Of a DNA stretch of 64,000 bases, positions 11,991 through 24,615 are shown one piece after another. The notes below the pieces were generated by a model that saw only the letters and a list, made by a program, of their open reading frames with translations, was not told where the DNA came from and did not search any database. Both the position numbers and the translations under genes were made by a program. Positions within the stretch are counted from its first letter, which is position 1; each line of letters starts with the position of its first letter. Source of the DNA: Octopus sinensis (Eukaryota); NCBI RefSeq assembly GCF_006345805.1, contig NC_043004.1, positions 60,078,001-60,142,000 on the forward strand, read 5' to 3'.

Positions 11991-14900
11991 ATGTATGTGT
12001 TTGTGCACATACATAGCTGCACTTGTACATATTTAGATATATATTTATATGTATATACTTATATATTGACAATACCTATTTGGACACACACACACATATA
12101 TATATATATATAAATGTATAGATGTCTGTTTGAGTGTGTGCGTGTGCGTTTATACAGACAGAGAGAGAGAGAGTGAGAGAAGAAGAAGAGAGACAGAGAC
12201 TGATTATTGATGTTTACGTACACTTTATTGAATACAGAAGCAAGTTCAGTTCTATAATAACAGTAAGATTTTTACCGTTATATCTACTGTCTATTTGCTG
12301 GTTAATATATATTTCAAATGTTATTACTAGATATTTACTTCATCAAATCATATTAGTTGATTTTATATCAGTCAAGTACTCACTCCACTGACATACATTG
12401 AATCTTTAACTATTTTCATGTAGTTCTTTTTTAATTTTTAAATGCAATTCCCAGCGACTAAGAAGACATGAAGAAGTTTATACTGAAATCAAATTCATAA
12501 GTAAATTAGATTTTCAATAAATCGACAAAAGTGTTTCAATTTCTTTCATTCATAGTGAAGTTGTATCTGGTTAGGATGAACTCAACATTTGCCAGTCGTC
12601 GAAATGTTCTATTGTATGCCCAGGTATTATCTTCAACTAATAGGCAACGGCTATTCATAGTGCAATATGTCAATGAATCGTGATATCCTGATTTAGAATG
12701 AGGTTAAATTATTTCCTGTAATGTACAATGTTGTCTCTTTCTCTTGACCTCCTCTGATTGCTAGAATGCCGTAGTTTAAGTTAGGAAAAACATCTTTATA
12801 TACATTCAATATAAATTCTGAGTTCTCTGGCCTCAATCTCAGTTTTCTCGTTCGATAATGAAATCATTTAAAATTCGATTGCCAATCTACGGTAAGGTGC
12901 TGGCGAAAAGGTTACAATACCGCTCCGGTGACTTGAGCTCTGAGTTCAAACTTCATTTAACTAAATCCACCATGTGCTTCAACATCACCTTGATTTTGGA
13001 GGCCTTTAGCTTAATCTTTCTCCTCCGTATTAAAGAAAGCGAAAGGGTTAGCAAATACGTTACACAGAATATGTAATTTTCTCTATAAAATTCTCTATAA
13101 TTTTCGTTTTATCTTTAACATCGTATATTGATTACCTAGTTTCAATTTACTACCGGAAATACAAAATTAGTAAAGGTGGAGTATATGACTCAACATTATG
13201 CTAAATATAACAAAGTGTTTATACATAGTATTTTTTTTGAAATTATGAATACATTTTCCGAATTCCATAAATTGGAAGTTAATGCAGAGTTGAGACAATT
13301 CGTTCTCAAGATTAACACCCGAATCTTGTACAGTTTGAGTTTGTCTATCATATTTATATGGATTTTAAAATAAAAAAATAATTATAGATATGGGGCTTTG
13401 TATTTTTATTAGTAATATTTTATTCAAGGAAGAGATTTTACTACATCCTTTAATATTCAAAACATACACATTATCATTATTTTTATGTAATACTTGCCGT
13501 GAAACAACTCACCAACGCAACTCAAACTTTAATGCACAGATATAAAATTCCTCAGACTTCGCACTCTGCACCGTTTAACATGGCCTCTTGTACACAGAAT
13601 TATTTTCTCTCGCACTGCATACACCGAGGGCAATACGACAAAAACCTCACCACATCCTTTCACCTATAATTTATTTAACCCACTCCTTGACCATGCATGT
13701 ACCATTAGCCGCCAATTCGTTATTCCTTAAAAAACTTTTTCCTTTGGAATTCCAAGTCTTAATATGATTTTTCTAGTAATCACAGTGTTGTTATTCAAAA
13801 GTACATATACCATATGCTTTCACCATGGCTATGAGCATAGTCCCTTCCTGAATACAAAACCATAAACATAATTATTTATTTTAATTTATCGTTAATATCG
13901 TTATAACAAATATCTCCGAGCTATTACAGAATTCTCGTAATGTTTTTTGTCCTCTTTATAACATCATTGTTCCGTTTAACATTCTCGATCATTGCTTTCA
14001 TTAAATACATGCTGTTATTAATTTACTTCATTAGAATGAAATTAAATCAAATAAATCATGAAATACTAAGAATACTATCAGCCGTCAGCATCTGCATATC
14101 TCTAGGTGTGTACATGATTTATTATTTTTTTAATGTAGGTGCTTAATTCTACATACATTTACGAGCCTGTGTTTGACTGACATTGCTAGCGCGTACCTGG
14201 TTTCATAGGTGTGTGGGCGCCTGCATTTATCTTAATGTCAGTGTATATGAGCATAGGAAGAGCTCACATGCGAAGAGACTATGGGATTACGTACATGTGT
14301 GTGTGTGTGTGTACGTGTGTTTAATTAAGCGTGCTCTAGTCTATATTTATTGTGGGATTTATCAGCTATTAAGCTTGAGTTTAACACAAAGGAATTAAAA
14401 TTCCATTAAATTTGAATGAAACCGTGTTCAATTAAAGTTTAATTATGTTTAATCATTTTACCATTTGCGTTCAATTATGTTTTGATTTCATTTGTAACTG
14501 TTGCTGTGTTTTTTTTTCTATGAATCACTTATTGTTTTGCTATTCTGATTGCTTTACTGATGATGGTACTACAGTTGTTGATGTTCGTGCCTGTGATGGT
14601 ATTGTTGGTGGTGTTGACGGCCTAATGTTGCAGACTTTCGTTTCAGTATTGTTGCTTCTATTGTTTCTGTTTTACTAACTGTTATGAAGGAGAGAGATAT
14701 AAGATCAACTGTGGCGTGATATTCAATATTTTCTGTTTTTGTTATTTTTTTTTTCGTAGTTCATTGAAGTGTAGTGTTGTGTTGTTTTACAGTGTAGTAT
14801 TCTAACAAGTTTAACACATTAGTGTAGTCAAGAATTCTTTCAATATTTTCATGCTTCAAGTAGTACAGATTATTCTAATCTTAAAAAGCAGTGATTATTG

Positions 14901-15334
14901 CAACATAACCATATCGACCGTTTGATTTCTTTGCTAATTTATGCAGTAGAAATTTATTCTTTTAGCCGAACTCTATGTAGAAAAAAGAAATAGCGCTGTA
15001 TTTTATTACACGTAATCGTGTTTATATGTTTGAAGATGTTGCTGTTATAATTGTTTCTTTCGGGGGTGATGCACTATTGCTGTATAACCCACGGTATGCT
15101 CAGATCAATCGAATCAAAGCAAAAGTCTTTTTCCTCAGATATCGTGTACCCGAAATAGTATTTTTTTAAAATCAGCTATCATGTGATGACACGGTAATGT
15201 GTGATTTGTGTTAATAAAGTTGTTATTTCTAGCAGTTACAGTCCCCAGGTATAGCATCTTTGTGTATCGTGTAGAGGCTAAAAAAATATGTAATATAATT
15301 TAGTTCAATGCGAGGCAATATTAAATATTTAAAG

Positions 15335-15540
15335 TGGCGAGCTTGAAGAAAAGTTAGCACGCCGGGCATAATGCTTATCGATATTTCGCCTGTCTACGCT
15401 CCGAGTTCAAATTCCACCGAGGTCGACTTTGCCTTTCATCCTTTCGGGGTCGTTGAATTAAGCACAACTGAAACATTAGAGTCGATTAAAACGATTAACC
15501 CCTCTTCGAAAATTTTGGGCCTTGCGCCTAAAGTAGAAAA

Positions 15541-15545
<5 letters not shown>
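15335..15545 (+). mobile_element. SINE family A
   Basis: ggcgagcttgaagaaaagttagcacgccgggc...gagttcaaattccaccgaggtcgactttgcctttcatcctttcggggtcg, followed by (TTA)n. Confidence 0.88.
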
Positions 15546-15571
<26 letters not shown>

Positions 15572-15617
15572 TATTATTATTATTATTGTTGTTGTTGTTT
15601 TTTTTTTGTTATATAAT

Positions 15618-16035
15618 TGTTCAACATTATGTAGTGTGAGGCAAATTTCCACTGCATTTCCTGATGCACCTCTTACACTTCATGTTGCTGTGGTGCGTGC
15701 AGCATTGTATGTTTCTTCTGTTTGTGGGAGTGCGGAAACTCTTCACAATATTCTATAGATATTCTTCCACCCATCAGGTGTGGTGCAGTCTTTTGTTGTA
15801 TTACTCCTTGTATTCTGTGTTGAGTGGGTAATGCGTTGCTTTTATAGTTTGCTGGTGGAAGTTTATTTCATTGGGTAATTATTGTATAGAGTGTGTCTTG
15901 TGTTTGTGCGTTCTCTTGTTTACGCTCAATTATTGAGTCGATAGTGTGACCTGTGTAGGATGTAGACTATTCCTAGCAGTGCTATTTCTTGGATAGTGTG
16001 ATGTGTTGAGGATACGGGTGTAGCTTCTACGTTTT
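15618..16035 (-). mobile_element. Dong/R4-like RLE element, extreme 3' fragment
   Basis: Minus strand gives IQEIALLGIVYILHR (cf. IQTIVLMGTAHVLR at ~9200), then a long UTR ending at (AAC)n(AAT)n; flanked by TAA-type repeats on both sides. Confidence 0.55.
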
Positions 16036-16089
16036 TGTTAATTTATTATTATTATTATTAATATTATTATTATTATTATTATTATTATT

Positions 16090-16390
16090 GAGTGAGAGAG
16101 CAGTGCATGCCATCAAAGTGATACTGGGGTAAAATATACGAAGCCCAGTATACCCATCATGACAACCCGTCTGATAAGGATTATACTAGGCACATGCATC
16201 ACAACCATATGTGCGCGACATGGTGATCTCATATCAAGATAATCAGCACATGACCTTGCAGGTGGGGCTCAGTTAGAATTTTCTGCTGGTCGAGTACACC
16301 ATCCCGCTCAAAATGTCCCTGATAATACTTCCAATCATTTAAGATCAGAAGCCATGAGCGCTACTGCTCGGTACTGCATCAGCGCATATA
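16090..16390 (-). mobile_element. Interspersed repeat, probable non-LTR 3' UTR with (TAA)n tail
   Basis: Minus strand ends ...ggcatgcactgctctctcactc followed by (AAT)n; bounded by (TTA)n on both sides. I recall this as a common octopus repeat but did not verify it. Confidence 0.55.
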
Positions 16391-16398
16391 TATATATA

Positions 16399-16443
<45 letters not shown>

Positions 16444-16444
16444 G

Positions 16445-16650
16445 TTGCTGAGCGCATCTGGCAACATAATTTGCGATATTTCTTCTTCGATACCTTAGAA
16501 TATGAATTCAAATTCCGTCGGAACCGACTTTGCTTTCTATCCTTTCGGGGTCAATAAAGCGTATACCAGTTGCACACTAAGGTCGATTTAATCGACTAGC
16601 CTTCCTTCTCACAATTTCAGGCTTGGTTTCTAAAGTAGAAACAATTATTG
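16445..16650 (+). mobile_element. SINE family A, diverged and 5'-eroded
   Basis: gaattcaaattccgtcggaaccgactttgctttctatcctttcggggtc. Confidence 0.75.
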
Positions 16651-19234
16651 TTGGTGTTGTACTTGGTTGAATGTTAGCTGTTTTCTTTGGAAACACATGG
16701 TTTCGTTTTATTCTTGACATTTCGTTAAATAAGGACCCCCACTTCTTTGTGTGATAAGGAGGGGAGTAGCATTTTTGAGCTGTAAGAACACCTGTTATGA
16801 AAAACAAAATTGATATTTAAATCATGACAATACTGAATCGCATGTGACTAAATTGTATGCAATAGTAGGCGGGGAAATGCTATATCTGACTCTGAGCAAT
16901 AATGATAACAACAACAGCAAGATTAACTCTGAAACAACAGTAGCAGCAGTATGAAATGGCATATGAAAGAAAGAAATATGAAAGGAAGAATTCGTAGCCA
17001 TTACCGGCACAAACAAAGCTAGAAACATTAGTAGCACAAAAAACCAATGCAATTGTCCCAGAAGTAAACATCAGCAATGTGGATGAATGTATCAACACCT
17101 AAAGCGATTGTAGTAAAGAGAATAATAACAGCCATTACGAATGTTTAGAATCAGCAAAAACTAAATCACTAGCTAGAAAAACAGGATAAATAGCAAGACG
17201 TCATTGACTGGAGTAGATTCCACAGACAACCTATACACTTTATCTCTTGAAGAACAAACGGGCGCAGTTACAACATGAGTGGTAAAAGGCAGAGTATGCG
17301 CTTCCATCTGAAACTGAAGCTGCAAATGCGCCAAAGACTGTCGTCGTCCGGACGTAACCCCGCTGGAAGAGTGCTCTCAGAAACGTCGTGAAAATATCTT
17401 TGCGGACTGACTAACAGTAGACGAATTATGAGTGACAGAAGCAGAGTGTTGCATCGTAGCTATGGTTACTTTATTTCAGAATCGAATAATTTATGATCCA
17501 GCACTTTATCCCTTGACTTGATAAGACGTTGCAGCTTAATAGCCTTCATACGTCTCCCTAATCTCTCAGCTAAATAGAACACATAGAAGGATATAGTTCT
17601 TGGTGTAATAAATGTGAGAACAAAAAGACGCCTTAAATGTAATTACTCTCAGCATAGATTTTCTCGATTAGAGTTGTAACAAAACTTAACAACAACGAAT
17701 CGACATTAGTCTGACTCGACTAACAATAGCTGTAATCTATATACTTTGTGTATGATAGTGCTATAGATTTAGAACTAACTGTCAGAATTTGGCAACGTTT
17801 AATGGTACATTATTATTGCATACTTACGCATAAAAACCAGAAGATTTACAGGTGTTATCACATTAATAATTTCCTAAATAACTTAAATGAAATCTTTCCC
17901 AGTGGGAATAGAAACCGCTATTCCAAGTCGTCTATATAGATTTCCATTTAATAAGAAACTACTTAAAGAACAAATATTCAAAGACACAAAGACAAGCTGA
18001 TCTGTTTGTCGTTATCTTTCTGCAGCGCAATAATTCTCTTACTTCATCTTAATTGACTCTCTCTATATTCCTCTCTCTCTGACTCTCTTTCTCACTTTCT
18101 ATGCAAGCAATTGTTTATGTACTTACACATATACATAAAGAGATACATGCACATATTCTTACATTCATACCATTTATCTTATCACAATTATTTACTGACA
18201 GGTGTGTGTTCATGCGTGTGTTTTCTATATATATATAAAAATGTGCATGTATGTGAATTTGAGTCGGTAAATGTGGCTATAGATTACTTTTTGAGATTAC
18301 TATATTTGATTAACATGGGAGTATTGTAGCGTTAGTCGGCAATAATGGAGTACTTGTTACAGAATTTAATTACAGAACATGGTTCCATCCCAAGTGGAAG
18401 CTATTTAAGAGCAACGCTAATGAAGCTATGTAACAAAGATTATAAATGAATACATATAATAATGACGACAACAAAACAAACGTTAACACAGTTTGCAATA
18501 AGTAATGAAACGGGGAACAAGTAAAAACAAAGATATTGATAAGAACAGATGATATTTTTGGTACTGTTGTTATTTCTGCTGTTGCAAAGACAGAAAAATC
18601 GTAATAGCAATGAGAACAAGCAAGATAAAACAAGTCAACTATGGTAGCCTTTACATTTACTGGTGATCAGTAAATTTATGGCGAAGAAATTGCTATGTTT
18701 AATGCCATTAAGATAGTTTTAGGTTTTTGAACTTGTCCAACCCCTGGATAAGATAGGAAGCACTGCATAGAGACAAACAGTGATTTATCTTATTGATGAA
18801 AAAATAAAAAGGAGTATGATAGATTGGTAGATTCCTTTGTGAGTCACCTGACGAAGAAATGTTTTGCTTCTTTACGATCTACGTACAAATCACTCGGAGG
18901 TCATGTGTGTCATCTCTTCCTTAGAAAATTTATGAATTTTTAATAGAAATCGAATACTACTGTATCAATGCTATCAACTAATACCTTCTCTTGAAAAAGA
19001 ATGCGGGCCTCAGATCCTAAGTAGAAACCAATAGAGAGTCGTATTGTTGATTGTGGTACACGACTGTCACTACTACAACACAAACTTGATGACTGCGTTA
19101 ACTCACGGAATCACTAGGCTTATTACAATGAACATTTAATATTCTGTTATGATAATAATGTAAAATTGTAAGTAATAAAACGTGAAAATCAGACTGGGTT
19201 GGGATTTCATTTATAGATTTTTTTATAAGCAATC

Positions 19235-19503
19235 ATGCAAACTCGGATATATGCATACAGACATTTCAATGCGATGTATGACAGAATGCTTGAAAATATA
19301 ACGGAGGCCTCAGAAGTCATTTTCAGATCCACAAAAACCAGATATTGTCTGCAGCTCCAAGTGGTTCAAATCGGAAATATAATCTATGCGGGTGTCTTTT
19401 CAAAACATCGTCTGGCTTAAAAAGTCACATCAGACGTCATGAAATTTCTAAGGTTTAGGTAGAGGAGGTGGTGCAACGCTGTATAAGGAATAAACAAACA
19501 CCA
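19235..19503 (+). mobile_element. Probable RTE-type LINE 3' end with two decayed C2H2 fingers
   Basis: Frame reads FQCDV*QNA*KYNGGLRSHFQIH...YNLCGCLFKTSSGLKSHIRRHE..*, then a short UTR running into (TA)n. Confidence 0.6.
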
Positions 19504-21622
19504 TATATATATATATATATATATATATTCAAATGAATATGGTACTTAAGTCAGATGCACCAGAATTTTGTACGGTGTTATCCATATAAATCCGTGGGGT
19601 GATTTGAAACGATCGTACCAAATTACCGAAGATATTCTTGTTGATTATTTTGAGTATATATATATATATATACACACGTATATAAGTTTTCATTAATTTC
19701 AGCTCAAGTGCAGTGGCCATGCTGGGGCATTGAAAACTGGTGTTGCTGCACCTTCATCATTAATCCTTCTTTAACTTCTTCAAGAGTTGGCAATTGATGA
19801 ATGAAGTAGTTCCTACCGTGAACTTGGCCCATCTGGGACTTGATCGCAGGTGACCCAGTTTAGTTTTGAAAACATCTGATCCACACCATGTAGTATTCTC
19901 TCTTCTTTCGTGAGAATATTAACGATTCTGTTATCGGTATTCTGTTATCAGATTATAATAAATAAGTCTCTTGAGTGATATTCAGCATTCACCTTCAGAT
20001 TTCGCTTTCATCTATATCAGAAACCGCTCATCTCGCCGTTTTAAGAAATATGGTAAGTTATCACATTTTAATGAAGCATCCCTAAAGTCGGAACCAGTTT
20101 TTTAAGACGCATTGTCTTATTGTATGAGGAAGGCTATAAAACCTGTAAAATCTTTAGTTTGATAATAAGTTTAGTTTCCTTTTGTTGTTTTTGTTTTAAT
20201 TTAGCAATTTTACTTAGCAGGACTATGATCAACGGTGTTCAAATAGCCACTGCCTAGTCTTGTTCCCTCAACAGCGTGGCCCGCGCTACGTTGTCCAATA
20301 ACGAGTTTAGCTTCAGAGAGAATTCGCTCGTACATCTAGTGGCTGAAAACATTTGCAGGTTCATTCCAATGAAGAATTCAGAAAGCATTAGCAAATATCC
20401 CTCATATTTATTTTCTTATCTTGTAAAACTTTTCGAAAAAGCTGCTGTCTTATTATTATATAGTGGATGTTATAGAAAATCTACTGCTGACAGTACTAAA
20501 TGTTAAGGATCGGCAATGAATGAATATTATACTTTCCTACTTGTTTATCAGACACAAATATATATTAAAGGATATTATAAACTATTCCGTATTCATATTT
20601 GATTGAGTTTTACATATCATTATAATACATTTATATATCTGAATTATGTAGTGCAATGTCTCTTAGGATTGTTAAGCAATACGATTGGCTTAATTTTTGT
20701 TTAGCCATTTGATCAGAATATTTTGATCCCAAGAAAAGAATAGCAATGGTGATATTTTGCTTTGTAACATATGAAACGGAATTGATCAGTTAGACGAAGC
20801 AGACGTTTAAACAGAGATAAAAAATAATCAGCTAAAGGAACAAACTCAACAACGTTTAGCAGAGTTGCTTAACTCTGTTGTAGCATTTCCCTATCTCTTC
20901 CGCAAAGAGTTAAAATACCATCGAGGTCCAAGTTGGCGTTCTCCTGGTCAGTAATAGAAAATAAAGAAGGTTTTACCGATTCACAATTGAGATTGAGTGG
21001 CAAAACTGCGAGAACTGCCTCGCATTCTGCCTCCTTTTTCCAAATTTGGAACTGGGTAACTTGTGTGGAAATATTAATCCATCTCTCGGCGGCTTAACAA
21101 CGCTACTTGATATTAAGGGTGCTTTCGGCTGAGTTCACATTGTTGGAAGCCATCAGGCTGGGGCTTCGGTTCGAGAACAAGTGACTTGTTGCTTCATCCC
21201 TCTAAAAAGACATTTGTAAGGTGATGGATGGCAGATGCTCTCCAGACATGGAAAAATCAAACATAAAAAGACGAATATCATTTATAAGATGTGTATTAAT
21301 AGCAATCATAACGAAACTAATAATTTACCCCAATACGTTTATTGCCAGCTTTGTAAGAAACGACGACAGAAACCTCACTATGCTGAGCAGCAACATCCTC
21401 AAAAACATTATCCAAAACTTAAATATCAAATAAAAATAAACCTGAAATAAACAGCGGTACGCAACATATATACACTTATGTTTATACATACATAACCACA
21501 TACACACACACACACACATATATATATACAAATATATATATATATATGTGTGTGTGTGTGAGTGTGCGTGTTTATATATATGTGTATATATATATGTATA
21601 TGTATATATGTGTATATATATG

Positions 21623-21665
<43 letters not shown>

Positions 21666-21692
21666 ATATGTATATATATATGTATATATGTG

Positions 21693-21753
<61 letters not shown>

Positions 21754-22132
21754 ATAGTAATACCGGCGACAAGAACAACAACAGCAAGTCTACAACCTGA
21801 GATTTCCTAATCTCTTTATGACAGTTAAATGTCAAGGCGGAAAAGGAATTAAAATCTGATGTTTCGCCTGCAAATCCTCACCACATGTCTCCATTGGGCG
21901 GAAAGCCTGTCCAAATGTAAATGGCTATGTCTAGTGTTATAATTGATTCAACAGAATATGTCAATTTTTAAAACCACTTGTATCTCACATCGGTTCACTC
22001 CTATAATAGCAGTTCAAGAAAATGATTTGCATTGCTTCCCCGCTTATCTGGCAAATACACATAGAAACACGCACGACCATGCATATACACAAACATAGTT
22101 ATGTAATGCAGATATATAAATATAACTATATA

Positions 22133-22208
<76 letters not shown>

Positions 22209-22299
22209 TCTATATGTATCCATGTGTACATATATATGTATATATGTCCGTATATATAATAGACATACATACACACTTAAATGCGCATATATAAATATA

Positions 22300-22331
<32 letters not shown>

Positions 22332-23059
22332 CATACATATAGTTACACTCATGATTATCTTTCAAGACTTGTCAATCCCAAGTGAATTATGTATTTAATG
22401 AAGAATCTTCAAGAATTGTAGATCTGACATAAGTTGGAACAGATGCATGGAAATACTGACAAGTAGGCATTCAGAGTAATATATATAAAAACAGAACATC
22501 ACATCATAGAGTTACTTATATAACTGTTCGCTATTACATTATTGCGAGTGTATATATGTATATATATAAAGTATGTATGTGTGTATGTGTTTGTGTATGT
22601 TGTACACTCGTATGTACACTCATATAAATATACGTGTATGTGTATATGTATATATGTGAATGTATGGGCTCGATTGAAGTCTGCAAAGGGTATTTGTGAA
22701 CAAAATTTACCTTACGACCTAGCGTAAAATTACAAGTTAACGCCAAATTCTAACTTCATTTCTATTTCAAATGTATCGGCAGTATAAGCACGCCAGATAC
22801 CTATCCTACGTAGGAATGAAAAGATGACCTCTGATTACTGGCTTAGTTGTCAACATGCCTATGGCGCAGACCTGTTCTCCGCGGCAGGTATAAAATTATT
22901 GTAAGCAGCTAGACGCCTTCAGGATGATCAAATTCGTGATATTGGCCCATGGCAACGTCAAAAAGAAAAAACGTCAATGTGTGGATGAATTCTCTATCTA
23001 AAGAGCCCAGAAGGTGGAGTACTTTATTAAACGTTTAGGGTAGCTAGTATAGGAGTAAA

Positions 23060-23479
23060 TATTTCTTTACTACCCACAAGGGGCTAAACATAGAGGGGAC
23101 AAACAAGGACAGACGAACGGATTAGGTCGATTACATCGACCCCAGTGCGTAACTGGTCCATAATTTATCGACCCCGAAAGGATGAAAGGCAAAGTCGACT
23201 TCAGCGGAATTTGAACTCAGAACGTAACGACAGACTAAATACCTATTTCTTTATTACCCACAAGGGGCTAAACACAGAGGGGACAAACAAGGACAGACAT
23301 AGGTATTAAGTCGATTACATCGACCCCAATGCGTAACTGGTACTTAATTTTTATCGACCCCGAAAGGATGAAAGGCAAAGTCGACCTCGGCGGAATTTGA
23401 ACTCACAACGTAACGCAGACGAAATACCGCTAAGCATTTCGCCCGGCGTGCTAACGTTTCTGCCAGCTCGCCGCCTTTC
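23060..23479 (-). mobile_element. SINE family A tandem unit (full copy plus 5'-truncated copy) with one 19-bp TSD
   Basis: Full copy 23242-23479 and second unit 23060-23241; TSD tagctagtataggagtaaa (23041-23059) versus tagctagtataagagtaaa (23480-23498). Confidence 0.92.
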
Positions 23480-23837
23480 TAGCTAGTATAAGAGTAAAGA
23501 CCGCCTGGTTACGGTAAGAGTGGTTTCCGCGGTCACTTTGGATGAAGAGATGATTGATTCACTGAAGGTTGTGCGGAACCAGTCAGTTAGAAAGCTAAAT
23601 GCTCATTACAGTGCAATTGAAAAGACAGAGAGACAGAGAAGGAAGCTTAAGGTCGTAGAATGAAGCATGTTGGGTGACTTTATAACTCATATTTGAGTGA
23701 TACATCGGTGGTTCCAATAAAGGCTGCTTCTGTGGATATGTGATACCGTCTCAGGTGTAGGAAAAGCTCTCCCCGCATAAATCTCTCTTGAGTTTTGTAC
23801 AGTCAGTAAGTGTATGTATATATATATATATATATAT

Positions 23838-24121
23838 TTCATAAATGAGGGTGAACAATTTTATATTAATTTAATAATACCATCAATTTAACACCAAGTG
23901 GTTTAGCACATAAAAAACCATGGATACAATCCAAATTTATACATAAATATAAGAGAGCGACCACTATGTGGTCTACTGTAGTGCTAAAAATAGATCCGCT
24001 ATGGAATAGCCACTAAAGTTGAATGTTGTGGTATTTCTACTCGGAGACAATTTTTTAGTGGCTATTCCATAGCGGATCTATTTTTAGCACTACAGTAGAC
24101 CACATAGTGGTTGCTCTCTTA

Positions 24122-24128
<7 letters not shown>
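23838..24128. mobile_element. Fold-back element A embedded in (TA)n (probable Penelope-like pLTR remnant)
   Basis: ~75-bp inverted arms 23943-24017 and 24054-24128 with one mismatch and a ~36-nt spacer; (TA)n on both sides. Confidence 0.6.
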
Positions 24129-24167
<39 letters not shown>

Positions 24168-24170
<3 letters not shown>

Positions 24171-24365
24171 GAAGGAGCTTCTACAGGACTAGAACTGTTT
24201 CATTCAAGAGAAATCTTCAGGAAGCTTCCTGAAGATTCCTGAAGATTTCTCTTGAATGAAACAGTTCTAGTCCTGTAGAAGCTCCTTCTATATAATAAAT
24301 TAATTTTACTCTGCTATGTATTGAGTACCTTATTTACTGTGGTTAAACCCGAATCAACCCGGGAC

Positions 24366-24370
<5 letters not shown>
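24168..24370. mobile_element. Fold-back element B embedded in (TA)n, each arm carrying a hammerhead-like motif
   Basis: Perfect ~55-bp inverted arms 24168-24223 and 24236-24293 plus a unique 75-nt tail; (TA)n on both sides. Confidence 0.7.
24177..24225 (-). ncRNA. Putative minimal type-I hammerhead ribozyme (mirror copy on + strand at 24224-24282)
   Basis: gcttc CTGAAGA tttctcttgaat GAAA cag ttctagtc ctg TA gaagc: helix I 5 bp, helix III ACAG/CTGT, GUA triplet; the 10.1/11.1 pair is a non-canonical U-U. Confidence 0.6.
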
Positions 24371-24403
<33 letters not shown>

Positions 24404-24409
24404 TATATA

Positions 24410-24574
24410 GGCGTATGAGTGTCTGTGTGGTAAGTAGCTTGCTTACGAACCACATGGTTCCGGGTTCAATCCCACTGCGTGGCACCTTGGGCAAGTGTCT
24501 TCTACTATGGCCTCGGGCCGACCAAAGCCTTGTGAGTGGATTTGGTAGACGGAAACTGAAAGAAGCCCATCGTA

Positions 24575-24615
<41 letters not shown>

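Noticed and set aside
19570-19630. GAAAC GATC GTA palindromic helix-III-like motif
   Set aside because: No CTGANGA core upstream; the context looks more like a Tc1/mariner terminus.
22900-23700. Possible Tc1 N-terminal relic interrupted by the SINE dimer
   Set aside because: Similarity is too weak and no catalytic motifs are visible.
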